64,000 nucleotides of DNA from Vicugna vicugna (Eukaryota). The notes beneath the pieces were generated by a model. It was not told where the DNA came from and ran no database searches. It saw only the letters and a program-made list of their open reading frames with translations. Shown here one piece after another: positions 24,150-35,696 of the stretch (within the stretch, counting starts at the first letter, position 1; the number at the start of each line of letters is the position of its first letter). The stretch is taken from contig MU058384.1 in NCBI GenBank assembly GCA_013265495.1, forward strand, positions 4,139,239 to 4,203,238. The letters are read 5' to 3'. The position numbers and the translations under genes were made by a program.

Positions 24150-27100
24150 GATATTTTAAAGAAATTATCTTTATTTTTAATTATTTATCTAGACATGCCA
24201 ATGGCTATTTAGGCCACATTTTGAGCAGAAACTCACAAGGTGTTTTTTTTCCCCCCCAAACCCCATGTGTGTACACAAAACAACACAATTTTAAGAGTTT
24301 GCTTAAAAGAACAAAGCATAAGAAATACAGTGAGATACAAGCTCAGAACCAATGTTCAATCAGTGAGCAGATCTGATTCAACACGAGAAAAGGTTAGAGA
24401 ACAAGCCTGTGTTTTGCAGGAAGCACTGTCTGGGGACAGTGTTGCAGGACACGCTCCACGTCCCGTTGCAGGAAGCCTTGGGCAGGTAGGAACAGAGCGG
24501 GACGTTCACTCAGCCGAGCAGGGAGTTAGGGGTAGTCAGGGTTTCAGGAACAGGGTTCTGACTACTCACAGGTGCTGTTAAAAGGAAAAGCAGGCTTTGC
24601 CTATCAGGCCTGGCAGTGATATCTATTCTCTCTCTCTTCGATTTTGACTTTACCTTTCACTTACTAAAAATAGCCCTTTGACACCTCTCTCCTCAAACAC
24701 TGAAAGGATTAAACTTGGGAAGTCAGCTCTTTACCGGTCCATGGACTAAGAGAAGAACATGAAGATCAAGTCCACAGATGACCCAACAGCTGTGTCTTAA
24801 CCAGTAATCGGACTCCTTCTATTGAGATATTGAAGAGAGTCACTAGAGGCAGGAAAAAAAAAAGTTTTCACATTTTTTCTTTTTTTGTCAAAAAACGAGG
24901 AACTCAAGAAATCTTCAGATGGCTGAAGGGAGACAAATGGATATAGTTTATGCATCACATTTTATTTTCCTTAAGAATTTTATTGTACTAGTGGCTGCTT
25001 TCTAGGCTTAATTGTTAGATATTTGGTAGTTTTCTCTGTGAGCTCTTCTTTAAGAACTAACATACTTTCGTCCTATAAACTTGGAACTACTAAAAAGGCC
25101 TCCAATCTTGTTTATTTAAATTATGATATAAATATAGTTTAAACAAAGTCCATCTCCTAAACTCAAAGTAGAGGCTCCATTAGCTAAAATGGCATCTTCT
25201 TTCTTATCGCTACTGTATCCTCCCCAGTAACCGCTTTCCTTGATTTGATCTCATGTATATTAAAAATAGATTATGAAATGCCCTCTGCATCACCAAATCA
25301 AAATAAGAGAGGTCTAGAAGCAGAAATACATTCAATACGTTCTCTTTTGGGGCCTCACCAAGCCAAGAGCTTCAGAGTATTAAAGCAATAAAGACTTGTG
25401 TGTCAGTTCATAGTTATTACAGGAAAGAAAAAAATCCCCCAAACCAAAACCCAAAGTTAGTGTTAAGTTTTTATAACTTGCCTTCTTACCCACATCAACA
25501 ATTTCAACTTATCATCCACCCATTTCATGAGGTTTTCACACTTTCTTTAGTACCATCCGATAATCTCTCTTACTTGAATGAAAATACAACCAACTTTCCA
25601 AATTTCCCCTAAACCTTAACTCAGCAAGCCTCAGTCTCCCTGCTGGAACTTAATACAATCCAGTCAAGTTTCTAACATTTCATTTGTATGTTAGGAGGGG
25701 AAAAAAAAAAAAAGAGTTGCACTTCGGGAGGGAGAGTTAGCTGATGTTTTATCAGCTTGCGAAACAGCTTGGCAGCAGTAGAAACAATCACATTGTAATT
25801 CTCTTTCTACCATGTTGGTTAAGCTAAAAAGAAATGGGACATGGCCAATTTTCATCTGCCATTAGTCATGCTAGAACTTCTAGAGAAAAGGTTCAATGCA
25901 CAGAGGGTAGCCGACTAGAGAAGAATGCTATAACAAGTTGATTTTATGGCCAAGTGTCTGCAGAAGAAACGGCAATAAATTCCAAGGTGACTCTGCTAGC
26001 CAGAGCCTCAATTCACCACGATCACCTGCCAGGAAGGTAAATCCTATCAGAAAACGGAAATATTTTCTTTACTTAAATTATGTTAACTTCTGCTAAACAG
26101 CTGGGTAGTTGTTCACATGAAATGAAGGAAAAAGAAAAATCCAGTTACTATTAACACCAAAGAAATGCACGCCAACCATAAACCAAAGGTGCTTTGGTAC
26201 TGTAGCCAGAAGAGACGGCAGGGGAGCAGGGAAGTCCCTGACAGTTAGATGACAGGATCACAGAAGGGGTGTGAGACCTGCTATGTGTCCCACGAGGCTG
26301 ACACACCGCCATGTTCCATGACCAGAGTCGTATAAACACAAGTTTATCAGCTGGCTTGTTTAAACAGAGTGCAACGTCGCTGTGTTGAAAGGAGACTCCA
26401 GGCTTGCTGAAGGGTCTTGTTCATCTGAGGACACGGCGCTTGGCGCCATAGATTGAGCACTATGGTCGCAAGCGGAATGCACGTGAAGTTTCCAAACTCT
26501 TTCTTCAAAGACTTTATTCAGTTTTGCTTTGTGACCTTAGCTGGAAAGCGTAAAGACGGACACGGGAAGGCAGTTCAGAAGGACATCTGTGAGGATTTAA
26601 GTTGGGCAGCTTTCAGAAGATGAAAGATGTTTAAAGTTAAGGCCTTTATCTGCAAACAATAGTATATTAATAGACTCTATACCATATTTACAAATGCATT
26701 CTCTTGTATTAAAACTAACAGGATTCTGTTCACAGTGCCATTGTTTATACAGGTAGCAATCCCATAATACTCATGTATTTTGGCATGGGAATCAGTAGCG
26801 CTCGGTATTTACATAAAATGTACAGGTGGGAATATAAACATGTCACTGAATCTGAGTTATGGATAAAAGGCAGGTGGGCTAATGGTGCAAAGGAATGAAC
26901 TGTACAGCACCTTCCCCTCAGATCGGATAGGAAACGTGGTTTCTTAAACCAAGAAGATGCCAAATCTCTGACCCAAAGTGGCATAAAGTCTGTAAGAAAA
27001 CAATGAACCCCCTGTTCGAGTTTGGGTACATTGAGTAATCTTAGTCCAAAGTTTTCGATCCACTATCGAGTGCATACAATAGAAAAGTTAAAAAGATTTA

Positions 27101-27630
27101 TTATTTTTTATAATAATAATTATTATTAAAATAGAAGGTACTTTCTCTAACGCTCTCGTTTGTGCTCTTGCACTTAAGACCAATATCCTTGGAGTTCCAA
27201 ATATGCTGGTGTTTTGTCATGCAGATCAGCAGTCTGACGGCACACGTGAAGATGCTCTGGACTTAGGAGGTGCTGCCTGTCCCAGTGGGACCCAGGGCCG
27301 AGGGGGCCGCGGCCGAAGCACCGCTTCTTACTCCCGGGTCTTCTCCTCGAGGGCCAAGTCGGCCCCTGGAATCGGCTCCCTCGTTGCGGAATGGAGTTGC
27401 TCATTTGGGCAGCTGACGCTGAGGTGACAATGGCTTCTGTACACTTGGAGAAAGGAGGGAGGCGGGGAAGTGGAGGAGGGGGCGTTCCCCGGAGCCCCAG
27501 GACCACACCCAGAGAGGGGCCGGCTGGGTCGGCCGGCCGGAGCCCCTCCGAGCGGCTGCCCTCTCCCAGGCCTCTGCTCCAGGAGGCGGTCCTTCTCAGT
27601 GTGCAGAGCAGGGGGCGGGCGGGGCTGGCA
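24150..27630 (-). other. PDE7B: PDE7B 3' UTR (distal end uncertain)
   Basis: Follows the stop codon and is free of recognisable interspersed repeats. Minus-strand AATAAA at 27097-27102, 26513-26518, 25111-25116, 24979-24984, 24961-24966 and 24170-24175. The length fits the recalled multi-kb human UTR. Confidence 0.65.
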
Positions 27631-27990
27631 CTACGCGGCGTCGCCTTCGGTCCCGGTAGGCTCCTCGTCCTCAGTCCCCGGGCGGGGGTCCGGGCCGCCG
27701 CCGCCGCCGCCATCGCCACCGGCGCCGCTTCTGTGCTGCTTGGGCAACAGGCTCTTCCACTGGGCTTTGTTGTGTGCGAGATGGCCGAGCATGCTCTCAG
27801 ACAGGGCGCTGTTTCCCGTGAAACGGGCCCATTCCCGGAACAGGGGCTCCACGATGTAGGTCATGAAACCTGGAACAGGCAAGGCCAAACTCAGCAGCAG
27901 CAGGAAAGGAGGACCTGCTTCTTCCTCCCTCACAAACACACTGGGCCCAGGACGTTTTCGGCCTGGGGTATGAAGGCCACCAAGGCGGGG
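27230..27990. promoter_or_regulatory. CpG-island-like GC-rich segment over the PDE7B terminal exon and proximal 3' UTR
   Basis: Dense CG dinucleotides and GCC runs compared with AT-rich flanks (judged by eye, not computed). Confidence 0.75.
27631..27869 (-). CDS. PDE7B: PDE7B terminal coding exon 13 (239 coding bp including TAG), (G)[13 protein letters not shown]...[47 protein letters not shown]
   Basis: Supplied ORF 27631-27939; ccAG acceptor at 27871-27870. Exons 5-13 sum to 1047 nt, an exact multiple of 3 with no internal stop. Confidence 0.97.
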
Positions 27991-27994
27991 TCCT

Positions 27995-28188
27995 TGCCTT
28001 CAGTTTAGTAACATACGTCATCTTGGGCCTGACATTTAACCTCTGTGCCTCAGTTTTATGAAAACGAATTAAGAAAGGTATCAAACCCATAGGGTTGCTA
28101 TGACAATGAAATGAATTAACACATGTGAAATGCTTAGAAAGCTCCTGGCACCTAGAAAACACTCAATAATATTGGCCATTATTATTTG
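27995..28188 (+). mobile_element. MIR SINE in PDE7B intron 12
   Basis: tttaacctctgtgcctcagttt...catagggttg...cctggcacctagaaaacactcaataatattggccattatt. Confidence 0.85.
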
Positions 28189-31100
28189 AAGGAGAAAGAC
28201 ATATAAACAAAAAAGCTAAAACAAAGTCTCTGCTAGAACTAAGAGGGTGGGGGCGGCGGGGAGGAAAGGGCAGATGCTACCAGGAAGGGGCACACCATTG
28301 GCTGAGACCCTCTGAAGGATTCACACATTTACCCTGTAGGATGTTCTTTTCAGAATTATTTTTTTCACTGTTTTGTCTTGCTTTCAATTATGTTAAATAA
28401 CTAAGTGTAGGTAATAGAAGTTCATTTATCGTCAAGACAAATTTTTACCTGCATCAAAGTTCTGCTTGAATGACGAGATAAGATTGGCTGATATTAAACT
28501 ACTTTGTTTGCCTGTCTGTTCTCTTAACTATTTTTAGCCTTGTTGCTTTCTAATCATGTTTCACTCTTAATGTGCTTTCATTTAGCCGTGATTTATTAAA
28601 GCAAAGGTAACTTCCAGTTTAGGCTGGAATTATTGGACTCATCACAGCCTTGGATATATTTAGGTTTTATTCTATTTCCCTGAAATGTAGGTATGCAGAG
28701 AAAAGGCAAATGTTTTTCAGCATAACAAAATCTTCCAACAACTAACCCTGTATGTCTACAGGCATGTGAATTATAAGGCTTGATTTGATTATCTTTCTGT
28801 TGGACAGACAGCAGATACGTGGCCTCTGAGGATGCTGTAGAGATTGCAAAAGGATGCAGCAATGCAAAATGTTATCATACATGTCTGCATCATCTCATCA
28901 GACGTGAAGTATGATTTAAATATTATAAGATTATTTTAGATAACCTGAACCTGAGAAGGAGAGTTAAGCCAGCGACTTGCTGTCTACATTGCTGATAAGG
29001 TTATGCAGGCAGACAGGAAGTAAGGATTACATTCTGGAATGTTCTTGCTTGCTATTCTTGAATTTTCTTCACCTCCTTCACAGTCTCCATATTGAATTTT
29101 GAATGTCTTTCATCTTAAGTGAGATTAGATATTAGGTATCTAAAAGGATACTTTGCAATATTTTATTATTCTAAAGTTTAAGGTGTGAATATATATCAGG
29201 GTTACTTAAGTAATAAAAAATAGGTACAAATCCCACATTTAAAAACCCAATACTTAAATAAAATCAACTAATTTTCTTCCTGAAATTATTCTGGAATTAC
29301 ACCTCTGTGTTTCTACTCGTCAGACATTAAGACCTCATTTGGAGAGAGGAGAGTGATTTTCAAGCCTGTATAGGCACCGTGAGGCAGTTTCCCAATGAAG
29401 AAAGGCTTCTGCACAATCAGATTCGGGAGCCTGTTCCATAGGTTCCCGGCATATTGTGCCAACGTCCCTCTTCTACTCAAGTGACGTAGAACCTGACCTT
29501 GCTGGGATACTGTCCTCCTGGAGGGGTGAGAGTTGGGGAAGGGAGAAATGGTGGCTCCAGAGGGATCAAGGGAAACCTCTTTCTTCTCACCTTTCTATAG
29601 GTTTCACCAATTAGAGATTCATTTGACTTAATGCCTTTTTTTTTTTTTTAAATACAGAGTTTGATGGAGACAGGGGAGGAATGTGTGGAGGGGTGGATAT
29701 TAAGTCGCTGTTTCATTCGGGTAAATATGAATTACTTAAACACAACATCAGATCTAAGCTTGAGATGGTGCTCAGGAAATCCTCACTGTGGACTGGGAAA
29801 GGAGAAAGAGAGGGGACATTTTTCATTCCCAGTGGAATCAGGACAGAGGAAGAAGCTGCAAGTTTAGGACCCACTGGAAAAACCCCTGTCTGGGAGGCTG
29901 GAGCCCACAGCTCCCATTAGACTCTGTTCATCCTTTTGGGTTTTTCCAGCTTAGCCTGATCTACCCCTGCACACGACACCTCCCAGCCCTGAACCTACAA
30001 AGCTGGGAGATGTGGAACAAGAGACAGTAAGATTTTGGTACTAAGGGTTGCTTTATAATCACCTCTTTCTTTTTACTATTGGTGTGCTGGTGTAGCATCC
30101 ATAGGATTTTCCTCTTCACTCAATCCCCATCCCATTTAAAAAACAGGTATCTATGGTAACCACATTTTCCTGAGCTGAAAAGCAGGACATATGATCTGAC
30201 AAAATAAGTGTGTTCTCATGACAACAAGAGGATAGAATCTCCGAAATCAAGTCTGTCTTGCAAATCCGGGTTGTGTGCTTTAACAATATGAATGCTTTTC
30301 TTTGGGGGCTCAAAATGTCTTTAACAGATGCCTGGCAAATTTCTTTCTAGCCAGAGTATAGCGAACTGGGTCTCAGGATTAGGATTTTGGTCAGGATCTA
30401 TTCCTTTTGAATCACATCTGCAGAGTTTCCACAACTAACACAACCAGATAGGGTACTGCATCCAAGGAGGCTGAGGCTGTATTTCTGCTGATGCGGCTGC
30501 CCTTCCTGCCCCATCGCCAGCAATTCTGTAGCTTCATAGGAGATGGATTCTTCCTGGGTTCTATTTTTTCGTAGCACCTCTCTCCCTTTTACAGGTGGAA
30601 GAATCGGTTTAATTGCAAAAAGAGCATAACACTATTAAGGGAAAACAATGTTAAGGGAAACAAAGGGGAAAAAAAGAGCACCAATAATCTCATAATTCCA
30701 ACATGTCTTTATAATCTTTGTATATTCGCTTTATATTTTTCAACTAGATTAATTTTGTTCCTACTTCCTTACGATGACTTTGTGACTTGTTTGTGGGACT
30801 GTGGATTCACTGTGACCCTCAGTAATTGGAAGCATATCATTTTAGCTCGATACGGTTTTCTTAATTTTCAGTTGATCTTTTTGGGTGCCCTTTTCCCCCT
30901 CAATTTCAAGGCATAAAGCCTTGAGTCTTGCAGAGGTTTGCAGGACTGTGAATGCATTACGCTGTCTGAGGTCTGTGGGAACTGGTGAAAAACATGAACT
31001 GGTACATATCAGGGCCATAATTTTAAGCAAGAGAGCTAAAGTTCTGAGTTTGGTTTTAATTGGAGGAATTACAAGGAAAAGTAAGACTTGCTTTAAATGT

Positions 31101-31698
31101 AGATGGAATTGGTAGTGTGTTTCAAGGAGTGACAGAAACTAATAGTACTTTTAGGTGCATTAACATCACAGTTTAACAGTTTACTGTAAGTGACACTTAA
31201 GAGAAAGAGACTGAAAATACATTTTGAAATGAAGAGTAGAAGAGCATGGGACCCAGGCCACATGGGACAGCATGGCTTGCCGGGCCTGGGCTTGAGGACT
31301 GAGCCCTTGGGTTTGCGCACTGAGGATGAAGAGTAGTGACCAGATTGGAAAGATTCTAAACTGCATCCTTAAGTCTCAAAGAGAGTGTGAGCAAATCCAA
31401 CCTTCAGCTAATAATTGATTCTTGTTACTTTCCTCTACTCTATTTTGGCTAGATTCAATTCTGAACTATAAAGTTAATACAGGTTAGTTAAGGGTCTATA
31501 ATAAAGCTTTTACTCTGTTTTTCATAGTTTCTCAATTGGTAACTACCTAGTAGATTAGTCATGATTAGAGGGTTTATCTGGACTCAGCCATTCAAAAGGG
31601 CTCTAGTTTGGGTTTTTGAAAGCCATGTGTAGATCTTGGTGACTCTCGGCAGTGGTGCCACAACTATTCATCTGAAATTAAAATTGAATTCAACTCAC

Positions 31699-31779
31699 CA
31701 ATTTGTATACTAGGGATTGAATCTTTCTGTTGATTGCAAAGAGGACTGATTTCCAGTTCAAATTTCTGTTCAAGGTCAC
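31699..31779 (-). CDS. PDE7B: PDE7B coding exon 12 (81 bp), (G)DLEQKFELEISPLCNQQKDSIPSIQI(G)
   Basis: Includes the invariant substrate-binding Gln (IQIGF); T-rich tract-AG acceptor, GTGAGT donor. Confidence 0.97.
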
Positions 31780-32309
31780 CTAAGAAAAAAGAAGAAACAC
31801 ATTGGTAATCTAGAACTTATAAAAATAAGTGTTGATAGTTTTAGTGGTCTAGTTGGAAGTTCTCTGGGAATCGCTGTTCCCTGCCTTATCACTAGGAACC
31901 CTTTAGCAGCGACTGGCTCTGCCTTGCTCTGGTAGCTTCTGTGAAAATTTAAAATTATTAGAGTATCAACAACCATTTACAATAGGCACATTGTAAACAG
32001 GTGTGCTCTCTGGGACGAGAATAACCTTTTGAACAAAGGTCTATAAGAACAAGAAAACTAATGGCCAGTTTCCCAACATGAAATAGAAGTTCTGGTTTTA
32101 AGTTACAGGTTAATAAAATAGGTTGCTGCTTTCCCCCTCTTTTCACTCTGCCTCCTTTAACTGAGGAAGTCTGGCTTCAGAAAGTGTGCACTTAACCACT
32201 GAGCTAGAATCTTTGAGATGCCACATTTCCAACATTTTCTCCAAGACTGTAGCCATGGCGCCCATGGTCTCTTGTGTCCTGGTGATCCTCAACACTGATG
32301 TGGTTTCTT

Positions 32310-32787
32310 TCTTTCTATTTTTTTAAACTGAAAGATAGTTGATTTACAATATTATAATAGTTTCAGGTATACAATATAGTGAGTCAATATTTTTATAGAT
32401 TATACTCCATTTAAAGTTATTATAAAATATTGGCTATATTCCCTGTGCTGTCCATTACATCCTTGTATGTGATTTATTTTATACCTAGTAGTTTGTACCT
32501 CTTAATCCCCTACGCTTGTCTTGCTCTTCCCCTCTTACTTCTCCCCACTGGTAACCTCTTGTTTGTTCTCTATATCTGTGAGTCTGTTTTTATTTTGTTA
32601 CATTCGTTTGCTTTATTTTTTAGATTCTACATATAAGTGAAAACATACAGTATTTGTCTCTCTCTGTCTGACATTTCACTAAGCATAACACCCTCCAGGT
32701 CTATCCATGTTGTTGCAAGTGGCAAAATTTCATTCTTTTTTATGGCTGAGTAGTATTCCACTGTTATCTATATACCACATCTTTATC
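32310..32787 (-). mobile_element. 5'-truncated L1 3' end
   Basis: atagttgatttacaatatt...tttttatggctgagtagtattcca; TSD tggtttctt at 32301-32309 and 32788-32796. Confidence 0.92.
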
Positions 32788-33044
32788 TGGTTTCTTCATA
32801 ACTCACTCTTAGGTTTTGCTTCTTAGCTAGTTTCTTCAGAATTTCTTATGCTTCAGTTCTGTATGTTGCCCTAATTGCACTTTTTAAGATGACTGCCACT
32901 GTCATGTTCTCTACCTTAGCCTCGTGTACAGGGCTCAACAAATCCTCTCATTCTCACCTTCTATGGGACCACGCTGGTCTATGAGGCAGGGGGATGGTCC
33001 CTACCTCAGTGTCTCTGTCCATTTCCACTCCTCTCTATCTAGAC

Positions 33045-33211
33045 CTATGAGGCTTCCTGCAATGAGGGAAATGTTCTCTGCACTACCCACTACAGTAGTC
33101 CCTTGAAATAATATCAATTAAACTGAGGAACTAAATTTTACATTTTATTTGATCTAATTAATTTAAATTTAATTAGCCACATGCGCCTCATGGCTACATT
33201 GGAAAATGCAG
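33045..33211 (+). mobile_element. MER3-like MITE (hAT-Charlie)
   Basis: ggaaatgttct...actgaggaactaaatttt...aattaatttaaattt..tagccacatg...tggctac..ttgga. Confidence 0.8.
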
Positions 33212-35302
33212 TCACTACACATCCTTTAATACCCAGCTTAGATTCTACCATCCTCAGCACCAGCTCTTCTCCTGTGACCTCTGCCATAAGCAGTCTTCCA
33301 ATTGGATCATTTATTCATTCACTTACTTCAACATATATTTACAAAGCACTGTATGTTTCAGACATTTTGTTAATCAATATAGAGAATACAAAGAGGAAAA
33401 CTACAGTTTCTCTCCTCTAGGAACTTTACTGATTAGGATTTTGAGTTTATGAAACATTAACTAGACTTTTGTGTCTCCTTCATGACACCCCCAGTGGGGT
33501 TTTGTACATAGGTAATTCACAGCTTTGCTGAGGATTAGACGAGGCTGGAAACAGATGTTCAATGAGAACGTCTGGGGATCTTGGTTGATTGGGAAGATAC
33601 CAATCTGTAGTTACAATAGGACAGAAATTCCACTTTCTTAAGGCATTGAGGGGAAGAGGGTGAATGATGTTTGAATCCTAATATCTGCTGTGAGAATTTA
33701 ACACTGTTTTCTTGATTCACGGGATCTCATCTTTCTTTCCCCTTCTGCCCTCAACCTTGAGTTTAGGGATTTTCCTTTGCTCAATATCACAAATCATTAA
33801 AGATACTTTGGCTGAGACTGGTAGCAGTCTGTGGAAGCCCAAATCCTAAACTGAAAGCCAGAGTAAGAGTAATCAAAATGATACAAGTTGTGCTTATAGA
33901 ATTTCTAAAAAATTAATAGTTTGTATAATCAGAAAGTCTGGTCTTCTCCTCTTAAATAGTCTGAACTTCTGCTAGACCCGTAAGGCTATTAAATAAAAAG
34001 CACCTGACATGCCCTCTGTATTTTCCTTTCTCTGCCAGGAGGCAAAGTGTATGGAGGCTCACCTTTAGTGATCGGAGTTACAAATGTTCCAGGTTGTTTC
34101 ATCTTACAATGCTGCAAGTGCATATTATTATGAGGACAACAACATGTTTTTGCAAAGAAATGTTACAGATTACCTTGATTGGTTGATCCCATTTGCTCCA
34201 CTTAGTTAACAACTTCAGTTTACCAGCTCTGTGGGCCTTACTCTCTGTCCCAGAGACATGGTCCGTGCTCCAAGTTGCTCATAACCCAAATAGCGTGCAA
34301 GATAAGTGAATGAAAGGGTTTAAACTCCGGTCAATGCCAACAGGAGTATGTGACTGAGTCAAAACCAAGAGGGACAGAGTAGAGACTCTTTTCTCTGTCC
34401 ATTGCTTGATTTCCAAGGATGAAGATCCTAGCCCCTCTCTCACTGTGCTACTTCAGTGTTTTCTGTATCTTACAGTAGAGAAAGTATTTATCTGATCAGA
34501 TCCAAGACTTCTCTGCTCCAAGTTCATCATATTTCCTTTTGTTTTTCCCTCAGTGCAGATTTTATATCATGGGCAACTGGAACTGATCTCCTCATTCCTA
34601 ACCACTCACACTCTACTGAAGTGAAATTACACAGAGTGGGAGCTATGTGAGTGCTTTCACTCAAAGGGGAGAGATGGTGAGCGGAGCCTCCTGGCCCCGC
34701 CTGAACCCAATCTGTTCTACTTTGTCTTCTGTCTCTGGGACCATCTCGATGTCACTGACACATCTTTCTATGGCGCCTTCTCCAAAAGGCTCACTGTTGC
34801 TACCTGACCTCCCCACAGAGCTGGTATGTGGGACACTTCAGCCTTTATTTGTTCTTAGCCTCTCCAACCTGATCCTGTCACTAACATCAGGGCCCTGTTG
34901 TGCCTGAACAAACATCCTGAGCACTGAAACTGGGCCTGAAGAAACAAGCTGTGTTTAAAGGCCCAGATCCCCCCAACGGCAAGCTCCTGCTGCTCGTTCA
35001 TGGCCTTATTTCTGAATGAGGTTGATCTCTTAAAATTATACCCTAACTTGGGGCCATTTGTCTTTTTATTGCATGTATTTGAAAGGATGAACTCTGGCCA
35101 GCTGTGCTCTATTTCATGATTAACTTCATTTAAGAAAGTGAAGGAAAGGGATACAAAAAAAAGTCTTAAGTCCTTCTGTCCGAGTGGAAAACATTGACCC
35201 CAAATGGCATTTAGCCTTTGGCCATGCTCAGCTCATTAAAATGAAGGTCAGAGTGAAAATCAAACTGCCCCTCAAATTCTTATATCCACAGAGGAAAACC
35301 AT

Positions 35303-35305
<3 letters not shown>

Positions 35306-35357
<52 letters not shown>
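35306..35357. repeat. Perfect (AT)26 microsatellite
   Basis: Counted directly; lies in intron 11 about 240 bp from the exon 11 donor. Confidence 0.95.
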
Positions 35358-35361
<4 letters not shown>

Positions 35362-35599
35362 CTTTTACTCATTTTTATTGTACCTCATCACTACCTGTTT
35401 CCATAGTAAATTAATGTTATTTATTCTTAAATTATTTCCAACAAGGGGCTGGCTGGTTTGCAAGAGGGTTAAAGAGAAAGGTTAGGATAATAAGAGTCAA
35501 TGAAAGAACAAACGTCATAATAGATTAGCCATTTCCTGTTTTATTAGGATAAATGCCTAAAAGGAGAAGGAGCAAAGAAAACTGCCGGTCACTACTAAC

Positions 35600-35696
35600 C
35601 TTGCCTGTAGAATTCTTCACAGACCCTTTCGCTCCATTGCTTGCTCATCTCCCAGATTCTACAGGGGTTGCAAATGTCAGCGCACTTCAAGGCGAT
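35600..35696 (-). CDS. PDE7B: PDE7B coding exon 11 (97 bp), [32 protein letters not shown](G)
   Basis: KCADICNP and EEFYRQG PDE motifs; tcAG acceptor, GTTAGT donor. Confidence 0.98.

Noticed and set aside
27174..27719. 181-aa alternative-frame ORF in the terminal exon, and the long open frame after the TAG
   Set aside because: The +1 frame has a TGA just after the acceptor, so splicing cannot reach it. The TAG-T context is not a known readthrough motif. GC richness explains the open frames
27391..28008. 205-aa plus-strand ORF (and 129-aa ORF 27470-27859) antisense to PDE7B exon 13
   Set aside because: Stop-poor shadow of a GC-rich coding exon; low-complexity product that runs into a MIR
28245..28270. 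G-quadruplex pattern gggtgggggcggcggggaggaaaggg
   Set aside because: Common motif with no supporting context
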